DNA of 64,000 bases, taken from a virus (lineage: Duplodnaviria > Caudoviricetes). The notes beneath the pieces are model-generated. The model searched no databases, was not told the DNA's origin, and saw nothing but the letters and a program-made list of their open reading frames with translations. Position 1 is the stretch's first letter. The number at the start of each line of letters is the position of its first letter. The stretch covers positions 96,001 through 160,000 of IMG/VR virus record IMGVR_UViG_3300015607_004069; one strand, written 5' to 3'. Below are positions 48,535-58,273 of this stretch, piece by piece. The position numbers were made by a program, and so were the translations under genes.

Positions 48535-49116
48535 ATGTATTTAGATCATCGTGAATGCAATCGAACATCTTGGAAATACGAGTACCTAGGGTCTGAACTT
48601 CTTGAGTCGGTTAAAAAACTACATGCCAAGCTTTCGGAAAAAGAAATAAAATTACGCCAAGAAATGTCCAAATGCATGTCCGATCTATCATCGACCGTAA
48701 CCGGCAAGGCCATAGACGAACTGAAAAAGAATCTGGAACGGACAGCTATGACGGTAGAAGAGTGCCTTGTCTGGATGCATGAATTCGAACAGCGTCCGAA
48801 TACCACCTACCTGTTAACTCAAAGTGACGTTGTCTTCTTTGGTTATCCAAAAAAGGCACCAGTGCCAAAGCCGCCTGTGCCAAAAGCAATAGGTGAATAT
48901 ATGCCTCCTTTTAATAAGTCGCTTACGGTGCTGGAGAATCAGATAATCCAATTCATGGCAGACAATGTGGCACGAGACACTTTTTCAATTATAAAACATA
49001 TTGAGGGTATTCATGGTAATCTGTACTCCCATCATGAAATATTCAATATGATCTTTAAACTGATTGGTAATGGCTATCTTATTACTACAGTGGATAGTCG
49101 CGTTCAACATCGTTAA
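48535..49116 (+). CDS. Hypothetical protein
   Basis: GGAG RBS (inside a hairpin). Confidence 0.6.
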   Translation: MYLDHRECNRTSWKYEYLGSELLESVKKLHAKLSEKEIKLRQEMSKCMSDLSSTVTGKAIDELKKNLERTAMTVEECLVWMHEFEQRPNTTYLLTQSDVVFFGYPKKAPVPKPPVPKAIGEYMPPFNKSLTVLENQIIQFMADNVARDTFSIIKHIEGIHGNLYSHHEIFNMIFKLIGNGYLITTVDSRVQHR

Positions 49117-49784
49117 CGTCTATTGAACTCATCCCAGAACATATTCCAAGGTAACATCTTAGTGTGCCTGATGCGTCTATGACCACCGGGCACATATAAT
49201 AATAAGGTCTGATTAGGTTGTTCTTCTATGGCTAGCCTGACTTTATCTATCGATTTTTCTAACTGATGGACGAACTGTCTTTTGAATGGATCTGGATGAT
49301 CGATCAGCATATAATATGAATACCCAAAGTCCAGCATGTACGGCAGAACCAGATCTAGATTAGTTGACTGCACTGTAATAAGCACTATTGGCATACAGGT
49401 ACAGATCACATTTTTCAGGGTCTGTAATGCTTCTGGTTCATTGTCAATTCTGATCAAATCGACCATCCTATTCGTATCATTTAACTGTGATACTGTCTCT
49501 TTGACGATTTGTGCTTTCGCCAGATGATCTGAATATTCTTCACTCTCACAGGCCACAACGATTCTGTTGGCGGCATATTTGTAAGACTGAGAATATATGC
49601 CGTCTTTTCCTCCAATATCATAGATGTAGTGTGATTCTAGAGGCTGTGGGATGGCGCTCAGCATTTCAAGAGTGGTCTGGATTTCCAAATCATTGTAATA
49701 TCCGCCTGCCATCATTGCCGCCTGATAGGTAGGTGACCTGTGGCTGGATTCTACCAGCGTTACTCCGCTATGTAATTGAAGCAT
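49113..49784 (-). CDS. FkbM-like methyltransferase (divergent)
   Basis: YDIGGKDGIYS, VVACE, VDLIRIDNE. Confidence 0.6.
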   Translation of the reverse strand: MLQLHSGVTLVESSHRSPTYQAAMMAGGYYNDLEIQTTLEMLSAIPQPLESHYIYDIGGKDGIYSQSYKYAANRIVVACESEEYSDHLAKAQIVKETVSQLNDTNRMVDLIRIDNEPEALQTLKNVICTCMPIVLITVQSTNLDLVLPYMLDFGYSYYMLIDHPDPFKRQFVHQLEKSIDKVRLAIEEQPNQTLLLYVPGGHRRIRHTKMLPWNMFWDEFNRR

Positions 49785-49787
49785 GTT

Positions 49788-50345
49788 CTAGATTCTCTTG
49801 AAAAATGCCAGACCAACACTGGCCGGTGGGGTGATGATGTTATAAAGCATCCATTTATCGCTTTTACCGATGACGTTCTTTAATTTCGAAACCTTCACAG
49901 ATTCTTCATTAAGCCAGTCATGAGCAGCGAAAACACTTCCTGGTGCCATAAGTGATTCAATCATTTTGAAATCCTGAACTGCCAAATCAGGATCTTCAGG
50001 GCCGTCCGCAAAAAAGAAATCAACTTTGATTTTCTTACTGATTAAATCTTTGATGAGTTCTGTTGATGTTTTCTTGTGTAATGTGAGTCTGGGAAGAAAT
50101 TGTTGGCCTGTAGTTGCATAGTATTCTGCTGCGATCTTGTGCATCGCGCTGTCAGGTTCACAGGTGTGCAAGAAGCCCTTTTGATTGATGTCCAGTGCAC
50201 TGACAATTTGCAGGGTACTGCCTGCTCCTTTCCATGTTCCTACTTCGACACAGATTTCTGGTTTCATCTGAAGTATTGTCTGATGAAGAGCGGTACGTTC
50301 TGCTGGCAAAAGCTGACCAATCTCTGAATTAAATTGACCGTACAT
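49788..50345 (-). CDS. Class I SAM methyltransferase (Methyltransf_24-like)
   Basis: VEVGTWKGAGST, DFFFADG, PGSVFAAHD. Confidence 0.85.
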   Translation of the reverse strand: MYGQFNSEIGQLLPAERTALHQTILQMKPEICVEVGTWKGAGSTLQIVSALDINQKGFLHTCEPDSAMHKIAAEYYATTGQQFLPRLTLHKKTSTELIKDLISKKIKVDFFFADGPEDPDLAVQDFKMIESLMAPGSVFAAHDWLNEESVKVSKLKNVIGKSDKWMLYNIITPPASVGLAFFKRI

Positions 50346-50354
50346 TACCGCTCC

Positions 50355-50891
50355 TTATAAACCGTGTGTTATCTTGAAATTATCTAGCGATTCGAGCAGA
50401 AATTCTTCAATACAATGGATCTTATCACTATTCTTATTATATGGTGCTGGAACTAATACCCCATGACCACCAGCGGCTGTAAAGCTGTCAATGTTATAAT
50501 CATTATCGTCAATCAGTAAGACACCGGGATGAGCTAGTTCTGCCTTTTCTAGACAGCAAATGACCTTTTTGGCAAATACTGGTGATAATTTGGTGACCCA
50601 TTCCGTCTTTCCTTCCCATCCGAAAGTGTATTTTATTGGCTTCGACAGAAAGGAAATATTGTCTATACCAAATACTTCGATGGTTTTATTGATGAGTAGG
50701 TCACACCATGGTGTCTTTTCGAGATTGGACCAAAACAAATCATTGATCTTGAAGGCCTGAGTGAAGCTCATTCCCCACTCTTCATAGAAATCATAGTCAT
50801 ACTTGCCGGTAGGTAAAGGCTGGCGGTGGTACTCGCACAGTCCTTTAACCAAATTGCCCAATACGCCATCAAGATCTAGGAAGCATTTCAT
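50355..50891 (-). CDS. 5'(3')-deoxyribonucleotidase-like HAD phosphatase
   Basis: LDLDGVL, GKTEW, LLIDD..N..F..AGG. Confidence 0.8.
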   Translation of the reverse strand: MKCFLDLDGVLGNLVKGLCEYHRQPLPTGKYDYDFYEEWGMSFTQAFKINDLFWSNLEKTPWCDLLINKTIEVFGIDNISFLSKPIKYTFGWEGKTEWVTKLSPVFAKKVICCLEKAELAHPGVLLIDDNDYNIDSFTAAGGHGVLVPAPYNKNSDKIHCIEEFLLESLDNFKITHGL

Positions 50892-51007
50892 TGACTTTGA
50901 CCTAAGCCTAGATAAAGCATTTTTGACTCTGTATTTAAACTGGCTTATCACCAGTTTATAGATCAATAGTATTTATAAATATCAAATACAACACATGAAG
51001 GCCAAAT

Positions 51008-51292
51008 ATGAAAAAGCTCAAAAAAGCCAAGCCGGGCATGCCCAGAGACTGGATAAAGATAGAAAGAACAGCCAGAAGATTATCATCTATATCATCAGTA
51101 TACGTTAACGACATTAATGGAAAAGTAGCAGCCATTATAAAATCAGGAGCCACAAAAGAAGCTATCAAAAGCGAATTCAATAAGTCCATGCCACCAGAGA
51201 GCCTTATTATATTAAATAAGGTCACCGACACATTGAAGGAAATCGGCTGGAGAAAATTATGGCCAAGATCAAATAAGAACCGCGTTGCATAA
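51008..51292 (+). CDS. Hypothetical protein
   Basis: 94-aa basic ORF downstream of GTATT motif. Confidence 0.45.
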   Translation: MKKLKKAKPGMPRDWIKIERTARRLSSISSVYVNDINGKVAAIIKSGATKEAIKSEFNKSMPPESLIILNKVTDTLKEIGWRKLWPRSNKNRVA

Positions 51293-52066
51293 CATGTTAT
51301 ACAGCATGCCGGGCTGAACATTCTGCAAGCCGCTTGAATTGGCATCGTTGACTTCAACGACAATGAACCTCTGATCGATTGTTCTGGCTACATCGATAGC
51401 AAAGAAATCAATATGATTGGATAATAACCTAGCCGATTCATCTGCCAGATTGAGTGCTTCCTGTGGAATCTGATTGTCCGTTTCAGCCCAATAGGACCCA
51501 CCGGCTAGTCTGACAGTTTTATAATAGAATATTCTCCATTCATCAGCCATAGGAATTCCAGTGATGGTAAAACCGTTAGACTGTAGCTGAACTAGCTCTC
51601 TGGCATATTTTGAAAAATGGCTGTGCCAAGTATCACGACACAGCATCAAATAATTGGCCATCAATTCGTCTTGATTATGTGCGACTATGAACTTCCAGTT
51701 CAGATGTTTTAGTGTTCCATAATCACTTCTGAGGACAACTGGATAACCCGGATATTTTACATCATCAGTGATATCAATGGTCTTGGGAGTGCGGTTGCCA
51801 AGCAGATCTGTCCAGTTCTTCAGATTTAGTATCCATGTCCGTTGTTCTATGGTATTGATAACATTGCAATGCTTCAGTGCTAAATCGTAAGCTATTTGCT
51901 TAAATGGGTAAGTATGATACCTTATAACTACTGTAGCCCCGTTAGGAATGGTGTTGACCGACTTATGAGTCCTGAGCCTGAATGAGTTCAGGCCATTCAG
52001 GGTCACGGTTTCATCAAATTCAATCTTCGGGTTCTGGTTGACCAGAATGTGCAATATGTTATTCAT
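51269..52066 (-). CDS. ATP-grasp domain protein (R2K-like)
   Basis: DEWRIFYY, FFAIDVART..FIVVEVNDANSSGL. Confidence 0.75.
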   Translation of the reverse strand: MNNILHILVNQNPKIEFDETVTLNGLNSFRLRTHKSVNTIPNGATVVIRYHTYPFKQIAYDLALKHCNVINTIEQRTWILNLKNWTDLLGNRTPKTIDITDDVKYPGYPVVLRSDYGTLKHLNWKFIVAHNQDELMANYLMLCRDTWHSHFSKYARELVQLQSNGFTITGIPMADEWRIFYYKTVRLAGGSYWAETDNQIPQEALNLADESARLLSNHIDFFAIDVARTIDQRFIVVEVNDANSSGLQNVQPGMLYNMLCNAVLI

Positions 52067-52091
52067 ATAGTATCTTAATCTGAACGGCTAC

Positions 52092-53153
52092 TTATGCTCT
52101 AGTGGCCTGTAATTTGCTGAAGCTCTCATGAGTGAAGAAATGGCTATCTTTCGCTAACTGCAGAGAATGCATTATCTGATGATCTTTATCGATATTGGAA
52201 AAGTTCTCGAATTTATCATGAAATGTCAATGATCCGGTAGCGCTCATTTGAGCGAAGTTCACCTGTGAACTGAGCATATCGATCGTGTGTACGAGTGCAG
52301 CCTCTGCACTGCAAGGACTGCATGGGCTACCCCATTCCCTTGTGCCATGATGAGATAGAATGATATGCTCAATATGATGAATAAGCGGATTATTATTGAA
52401 GCATCCATCAAATTCGACTGATTCATAAGCTTGGATGAATAACTTATACCCAATGGCGATATGTCCAAAAGACATATCGAGAAACGTTCTTTTAGGTGAA
52501 TTTTCCGCATAATTGGAGGAATAAGTCAAAAGCTTACCAATATCATGGCAGATAATGCCGCCGATTACAACATCACGGTTCAGGTTGCGGTACCTTTCTA
52601 ACCTCAATAGGGCATCGGCGGCATCAAGCATTTCACAGACATGATCAAGAAAGCCGCCACGATAACAATGGTGCTTGGTAGTAGAGCCGGGTGCATTTCT
52701 TATTGTCTTTTGAAGATCGTCGGCAGACCAGTCGCCTGTGTTATAATTGACCGCTGCTTTTTGAGCGTTAAGCACAGCGCACTGTATTATGCGTTTTGTT
52801 TGCTTGTCGCTGATAGTGTCGATATAATTCTTAAATTTCTCATGAAGATCATCGATCTGTTGATCGGTCAGATAATTGCTGTGATTTAATAAGGAAGTTT
52901 CCTCTAGCTTCACGCATCCAATCGGATCGATATGCAACGATACGTCGTCTTTATATTCTTTTAATTGGCCTACCAGCGTCCATTTCTCGCCTGCCTTGAA
53001 TTCAAGACCACAGGTGTCATAGTTCCATACAATTGCACTGTCGAAATCATCCACATTATTGGTCTTCAAGATAGCGAATTTCTTCTGCTGCTTTGTGTAG
53101 GCAAAATGGACACTCAAAATCTGATAGTCATTCTGAAATATTGGATTAGACAT
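52092..53153 (-). CDS. OB-fold + HD-domain nuclease (YhaM/Cbf1-like)
   Basis: APGSTTKHHCYRGGFLDH, HDIGK, GHI, HIILSHHG..EWGSP, EAALVHTID. Confidence 0.85.
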   Translation of the reverse strand: MSNPIFQNDYQILSVHFAYTKQQKKFAILKTNNVDDFDSAIVWNYDTCGLEFKAGEKWTLVGQLKEYKDDVSLHIDPIGCVKLEETSLLNHSNYLTDQQIDDLHEKFKNYIDTISDKQTKRIIQCAVLNAQKAAVNYNTGDWSADDLQKTIRNAPGSTTKHHCYRGGFLDHVCEMLDAADALLRLERYRNLNRDVVIGGIICHDIGKLLTYSSNYAENSPKRTFLDMSFGHIAIGYKLFIQAYESVEFDGCFNNNPLIHHIEHIILSHHGTREWGSPCSPCSAEAALVHTIDMLSSQVNFAQMSATGSLTFHDKFENFSNIDKDHQIMHSLQLAKDSHFFTHESFSKLQATRA

Positions 53154-53201
53154 CGTACGCTCCGTGATAGTATGTATGTATTGATACAAGGAGACTGGCT
53201 T

Positions 53202-53615
53202 ATGACATACAACTATAAAACATTGAAATCGCCTCGTCTGGCCGAAATAATACAATCTATTGTAATGAAATATATCAACGGCGTACGCGACATCATGGCG
53301 ATGGGAATGCCAGATGATTCCAAGATCGTCTCAATTTCTACTGATATTAAAAATGATGTCTATAACAACATGAGTTCATGTATTTGCATTATCGAAGATC
53401 AGAGGAAGTTCAAGTATTATGCCAATTTCAAATATCACCACGACACAGGCGATGTCTTGATTACTTTGACTCATTATTCTAAGCAATTTTACGCGACCAC
53501 TTTCACTATAGACACCATCAATGATTGGGCCGCTGCGGTCGTCAATGATCTCATGAAAGCTACTATAACTATGTATATCGAATCAGCGTTTACTGTCTTG
53601 GTGACTGGTGGATAA
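53202..53615 (+). CDS. Hypothetical protein
   Basis: AAGGAG RBS. Confidence 0.55.
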   Translation: MTYNYKTLKSPRLAEIIQSIVMKYINGVRDIMAMGMPDDSKIVSISTDIKNDVYNNMSSCICIIEDQRKFKYYANFKYHHDTGDVLITLTHYSKQFYATTFTIDTINDWAAAVVNDLMKATITMYIESAFTVLVTGG

Positions 53616-53814
53616 AATGGCTCAGAAATCTACTTTCAAAATCAGGGTGAGCAGAGATATCGTCATAAAACAATATGGCGAAATCTCGGTCCAAGCCAAG
53701 GACATAGATGAAGCCGTTGATATGCTTCAAAGAGGCGCAGTGTCCGATCAGGAGGTCGAATGGCATGAAATTGAAATACCATCCGACTATCAGACCATAA
53801 AATCTTACCTGTAG
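53608..53814 (+). CDS. Hypothetical protein
   Basis: VQAKDIDEA motif common in small phage proteins. Confidence 0.5.
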   Translation: MDKMAQKSTFKIRVSRDIVIKQYGEISVQAKDIDEAVDMLQRGAVSDQEVEWHEIEIPSDYQTIKSYL

Positions 53815-54143
53815 TAATTCTGAATAAAGCTACACGCATCGGCAAAGAGTCGATTGTGCGAGTCGTCATCTAATACGATGAATTGCTTTATGCCTGTGTC
53901 GAATTCGACCACGCCAGCCAGTTTGGCAGCGATGATGTCAGTTAGCTCGGATTTGGAACCATCGTTGGTATGGTCGATGATCGTCTGAATGTATCGCCAC
54001 AATGACTCTGGGATCTGATTTCTGTTCTGGCAAAGACAAGCGATTGCTTTTCTGACTGGTATCTTAACATGATTGTTTTTTCTTCTTTTTCTTCTATGGC
54101 CATGATTAGTGTTTTTGAAACCGGCTGGGTATCTATGGCTCAT
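53805..54143 (-). CDS. Hypothetical protein
   Basis: 112-aa ORF. Confidence 0.5.
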   Translation of the reverse strand: MSHRYPAGFKNTNHGHRRKRRKNNHVKIPVRKAIACLCQNRNQIPESLWRYIQTIIDHTNDGSKSELTDIIAAKLAGVVEFDTGIKQFIVLDDDSHNRLFADACSFIQNYYR

Positions 54144-54191
54144 CTTGATTTCGATCCCTCTATGAGTTTCATCTTAAATAATTTTTAGTGT

Positions 54192-54923
54192 CTACTTTAA
54201 CATTCTAAACGCAAAATCGTCATATTCGATGCAAACATTGTTGAAGGAGAAGAACGTCTCATACTTCAAAACAGCACTGCCATCACCTCTTGGCCTGTTC
54301 ACTTTGGCCGTCCACTCTTCTAGACTCTTGGTCCAATAATGATTAAGTTGAATAATATCATATTCTGGTTCGCTTAGATAAGCACCAGCTACTTTGGTAC
54401 CGGAAAAGCTATGACAGCCAGTATATGTCAGACTGAATTGATGTGGATTTATAACATTCAAAGTGTACTCTGGCTGCACAAGGCATTTAACATGTCTGGC
54501 TTCTGTAATCTTGGCCCATGCTGTATATGATTCAACTACCCTGCCGGGTGGTTTTTTGATCCAGCCGCTATTACCAAACATCTTCCATGACATGGCCAAA
54601 GCACTGCTATTGTGTCGATATTTTAAAAGCTGCTTGAGGGGACTTTTTGGCACAATGAATTCATCTATATCGATAAATCCAAGCCACTGCGTGGAAGATC
54701 CATATCGCATCAGGCAATGGTCATAAGCTGCAAGCTGACTATGCAGGCCTACAAAGGATTCAACTGTTACATCTGGCGATGCGGGATAACCACATCCAAG
54801 ATTGTCATAAATGAAAAAGTGATCTACGCCAATCATGCGGTGCCAGTCTAACCATTCTGGCACATACTCTGGTTCATTGGTGAAGAGACAAAGACTGAGA
54901 TTGAATTTCATTTTAGCTCGCAC
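54192..54923 (-). CDS. GT92/GT2-like glycosyltransferase
   Basis: NEPEYVPEWLDWH..GVDHFFIYDN, QLAAYDHC, FIDIDEF, LNHYWTKS. Confidence 0.85.
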   Translation of the reverse strand: MRAKMKFNLSLCLFTNEPEYVPEWLDWHRMIGVDHFFIYDNLGCGYPASPDVTVESFVGLHSQLAAYDHCLMRYGSSTQWLGFIDIDEFIVPKSPLKQLLKYRHNSSALAMSWKMFGNSGWIKKPPGRVVESYTAWAKITEARHVKCLVQPEYTLNVINPHQFSLTYTGCHSFSGTKVAGAYLSEPEYDIIQLNHYWTKSLEEWTAKVNRPRGDGSAVLKYETFFSFNNVCIEYDDFAFRMLK

Positions 54924-55898
54924 TTACCATCTGTTTACATTAAGAATGTCACCAGTCCACATGCTATGGATTATCAGTCCGATGCCGTAAATCACAGCAC
55001 AAGCGGACTTTAAAAGATAGAGAGAACCTATAAAACAGAGAGCGGCGAGGCTAGCAAACGTCGCCATATAAAGCGGACAAATAAATAGATAGATCACTGA
55101 CGCTTTGAGCATTTCCCGTTCTCCTTGTATTCCGACTGTAAAAGTGAGAAGGCACGACATTGAATGCATTTGCAGTCCTTGCGTGGCATTCCATTGCTGT
55201 TGATTTTGCAGGATTCGTATCTATCAACGTCTTCTGCAAGAAATTCCTGTATCAATTGTTCCAATGCAGCATTACGAATACGAAGTTGTTTTGCTTTGTT
55301 GGTGTCACCACATGACTCACAAATAGCAGTGTCGCCTATCCATTTGATAGTAGTTCTCTCAACGCAATGGCATGTCCAGAACTTTATTGCTATATTGCTA
55401 AAAACTTTATCTATATCCATTTTACTTTCCCACCTTTGTCGTATTCATCTCCAACTTATCCAAGATGCGAATAGCCTTTTCTAACCTAGCCTTCAACATA
55501 TCATCCACACACTTGGTATAAGGATCGCTGTTAAACAGTCGGATAAGTCGATTTACCAGTATTCGCTTTTTGATTTCATTCTTGCTCATGCGACACACTG
55601 AACACATAGCTTCTTCGGGCATATCGCTGGGACCGAAATCATGTGGTCCACCATCATTACATCTTACTTGCCACATGATGATTGCCCCATGGTTCTAGTT
55701 ACCGGGGAATACGACGTATTCGATAGTAGGCTTATCTGGCCGAGCATCAGCTACCCATCCATCAAGTCGTGGTTCACACAACTTGAGTATACGAATTTCT
55801 TTAGGCTCCATCAGATCATACTCACTACAACACCTGTAACATACGAGTAATTTAGGATCGAATGTCTTGAGTAGATCGATTAGTTCCTGAACAGTCAT
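54924..55898 (-). other. Run of four small hypothetical ORFs (54924-55169, 55094-55420, 55422-55676, 55695-55898)
   Basis: Tightly packed co-oriented ORFs, several Cys-rich; MTVQELIDLL start typical of phage. Confidence 0.55.
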
Positions 55899-55926
55899 TT
55901 CTCACCCTTCCTTTCGCTTCTGATGG

Positions 55927-56358
55927 TTACTCTTTGGTTAGTGTTCCATCCGGCCATACGATTACAATTGGCTTGCCGGATTTGCGAGCATAACGAATCG
56001 TCGCCCATGTGCCTGAACGCTGCTCCTCTTGCATATCTGCTGGACATGCCAATAAGGTATTACAGTAGTCCACGATAGTTCGGTTGCGTTTCAATGGCGG
56101 TTCGGCTTCGTACACGCTATCACTTATCTTAATAGCATCGTGAGAAGTCTGATCGCTTATATTACAGGGATAGGCGTATAATGGGATATAGCGGTCTTGA
56201 TTACGAATGAGTTTAGCCATCCACGCATCGGCACCAATCGCACAACCATGAAGAAATCCAGTAAACGTATCGCCGGTAGAATTGAACCATTTGACCACAG
56301 CTTCCATCTGTGGTGGTGTCAAACCTTTTCGTGTACCAGTAAAGCCTAGATAACTCAT
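55927..56358 (-). CDS. SLOG (DprA/Smf-like) nucleotide-binding protein
   Basis: GFTGTRKG, HGCAIGAD, RNRTIVD, SGTWATIRYA. Confidence 0.8.
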   Translation of the reverse strand: MSYLGFTGTRKGLTPPQMEAVVKWFNSTGDTFTGFLHGCAIGADAWMAKLIRNQDRYIPLYAYPCNISDQTSHDAIKISDSVYEAEPPLKRNRTIVDYCNTLLACPADMQEEQRSGTWATIRYARKSGKPIVIVWPDGTLTKE

Positions 56359-56387
56359 TCCTGCCCCTTAGAAACCTGCTTCAGGCA

Positions 56388-56956
56388 CTAACTGACCGCT
56401 GTGATTGATTGCTTCTTGGTTTGTTTAAAGTCCTTAATATTTGGCCCTCGATAAGATGCCGGAAATCCACAGCATTTGCAATACATTGAACCTTCGATCA
56501 GACCTGCCCCACACCAACCGCATGGAATAAATACCATCATTGCTAAACCATCAAGGAAAGCGTCTATTCGTAATCTATTCGCATATGTGATTTCTTCACT
56601 CATCTTTTTGCCTCCGATGATAATAATTGTTTTTCCAACGCAGCGATGCGAGCACGTAATTTGACTATAACTTCTATTAAATCCGGTGGTGGTTCATACT
56701 TTACCTGTGCGTTCTGTGACTCAAAAGTCGAGGCAGCTTGATCACATATATCCAAGAATGGCCTAGTGAGACTTGGCGGTGCTTGCGGCACCATATCACA
56801 GCCTTTTGACATGAACTTGTATATTATTCTCCACAAAGCCGCATTCTTTTTCTGCTCTTCGACTAACTGCTTTTCCAATGCAACAATGCGAGATTGCGCA
56901 GCTATAGTACCACACTCTGGACATTCATCTATCAAATTATCATGTTTACATATCAT
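56388..56956 (-). other. Two small hypothetical ORFs (56388-56603, 56600-56956)
   Basis: Coupled ORFs with CxxC motifs and coiled coil. Confidence 0.55.
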
Positions 56957-56995
56957 ATGCTACTTTATGCCCTTTCTGGTTAATCATATTAAGAA

Positions 56996-57093
56996 GTAAG
57001 ATGCCAGACTGCCCACCTTTAGTAAGGATGGCATGGAGAGGTTAGCGCAAATCCCCTCACTGACCACGCACTAATATGGTCCCGGCATCTTAC
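56996..57093 (-). ncRNA. Four-way-junction RNA with loop-loop pseudoknot (candidate)
   Basis: P1 GTAAGATGCC/GGCATCTTAC, three internal hairpins, loops TTAGTGCG and TGCGCTAA complementary on minus strand. Confidence 0.65.
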
Positions 57094-57131
57094 CGTTCAT
57101 AAAATACGATTAGAAGTTTCTTCCTTGGAAA

Positions 57132-57785
57132 CTATAGCATACAAGCATCACTTCCTAATGAATCTAACCACTTATTAGACTTGTCTGCAATAATCTTCTC
57201 CAATTTAGTGATAGCAGTTCTTCTGTCCACGTCATTCTTAGCCATTACAGCAAAATATAAACCGATGGCAGCGACGGCAACATCAATCGCTTCTTCCTCT
57301 ACGCTACTATTGTGTCTTTTACCAGTCAATGCAGATTCGGCTAGAAATTCATTGGTCAATTCGCCTAGTTCTGATATAACATGGTTGAATAAAGTCGAAA
57401 TAGACTTGCCACGCTTCACTTCCGCATTAGCTATCCAATGTAATTTGTTGAATTGTGAAAGCTTATAAGCTAAAGTCTGTGGAACAGTTATTGAGAGATC
57501 ATCAGGAAAATCAGTTCGGATCAAAAAAGATGGCACTGAATAACAATCACTGAAGCTCAATAAGAATTGGCATCTGCGGCTCTGTTTCTTTTTGGCCACT
57601 GTCCAATCATGGCCCGGCGTTGCATGTGATACAGCAAGACGTATGAGTACATCCTGATTACGTTCGTATTTCAAAGATGTCACCATGCCACTAAAATGTT
57701 CAGAGTGGACATGAGTGCCGATGGTAAGCAGACCATCGCTTATCAATTCAAAGACATTATCGCTTGTCAGGGACTGAAAATTCAT
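57132..57785 (-). CDS. Protein with C-terminal MazG-like nucleotide pyrophosphatase domain
   Basis: ISELGELTNE..VEEEAIDVAVAA..K.NKW. Confidence 0.6.
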   Translation of the reverse strand: MNFQSLTSDNVFELISDGLLTIGTHVHSEHFSGMVTSLKYERNQDVLIRLAVSHATPGHDWTVAKKKQSRRCQFLLSFSDCYSVPSFLIRTDFPDDLSITVPQTLAYKLSQFNKLHWIANAEVKRGKSISTLFNHVISELGELTNEFLAESALTGKRHNSSVEEEAIDVAVAAIGLYFAVMAKNDVDRRTAITKLEKIIADKSNKWLDSLGSDACML

Positions 57786-57839
57786 AATTATATCCGGTAG
57801 GCCTCGTATCACCCATAATACGGACAAGGAGGTCCACAC

Positions 57840-57989
57840 ATGAAAAGTCTGATTTTGATCGTTGCGTTGCTTTTCGTCGGTTGTACTACCATAAAGGTAG
57901 AAGTGTCACACAAGGAATTACGAAAGGCCGGTCTGGATAGCGTCAATGTTACTTATGATGGCCATGCTTTCGTAATAGGCTTGAAATGA
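57840..57989 (+). CDS. Small lipoprotein (not in ORF track)
   Basis: AAGGAGG RBS; MKSLILIVALLFVGC lipobox. Confidence 0.65.
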   Translation: MKSLILIVALLFVGCTTIKVEVSHKELRKAGLDSVNVTYDGHAFVIGLK

Positions 57990-58258
57990 AATCAGTTATC
58001 ACCTGCTACGCCGAATTAGCGCAAGACATTAGAATAGCCTCCCGCAAGGACAGGCAGTATGGTCTGGATGAATTTATCCGGACTGAACTGGATAAGATGA
58101 AACAGCATGAGTCAGAACTCTATGCCTTAACAGCAGAAGTTCTGGCTCATGTCGCTGCCGATCAGCCGCCGATTATTTCACGCGAAGTCGGCGCTAATTA
58201 TGTCTCCATGCTTGGTATTTTAGCCCACCGGATGGGCTTCAAATTAGTCAAAGAATAG
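57986..58258 (+). CDS. Hypothetical protein
   Basis: Coupled ORF. Confidence 0.55.
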   Translation: MKSVITCYAELAQDIRIASRKDRQYGLDEFIRTELDKMKQHESELYALTAEVLAHVAADQPPIISREVGANYVSMLGILAHRMGFKLVKE

Positions 58259-58273
58259 TTTCCAAACCAGAAA

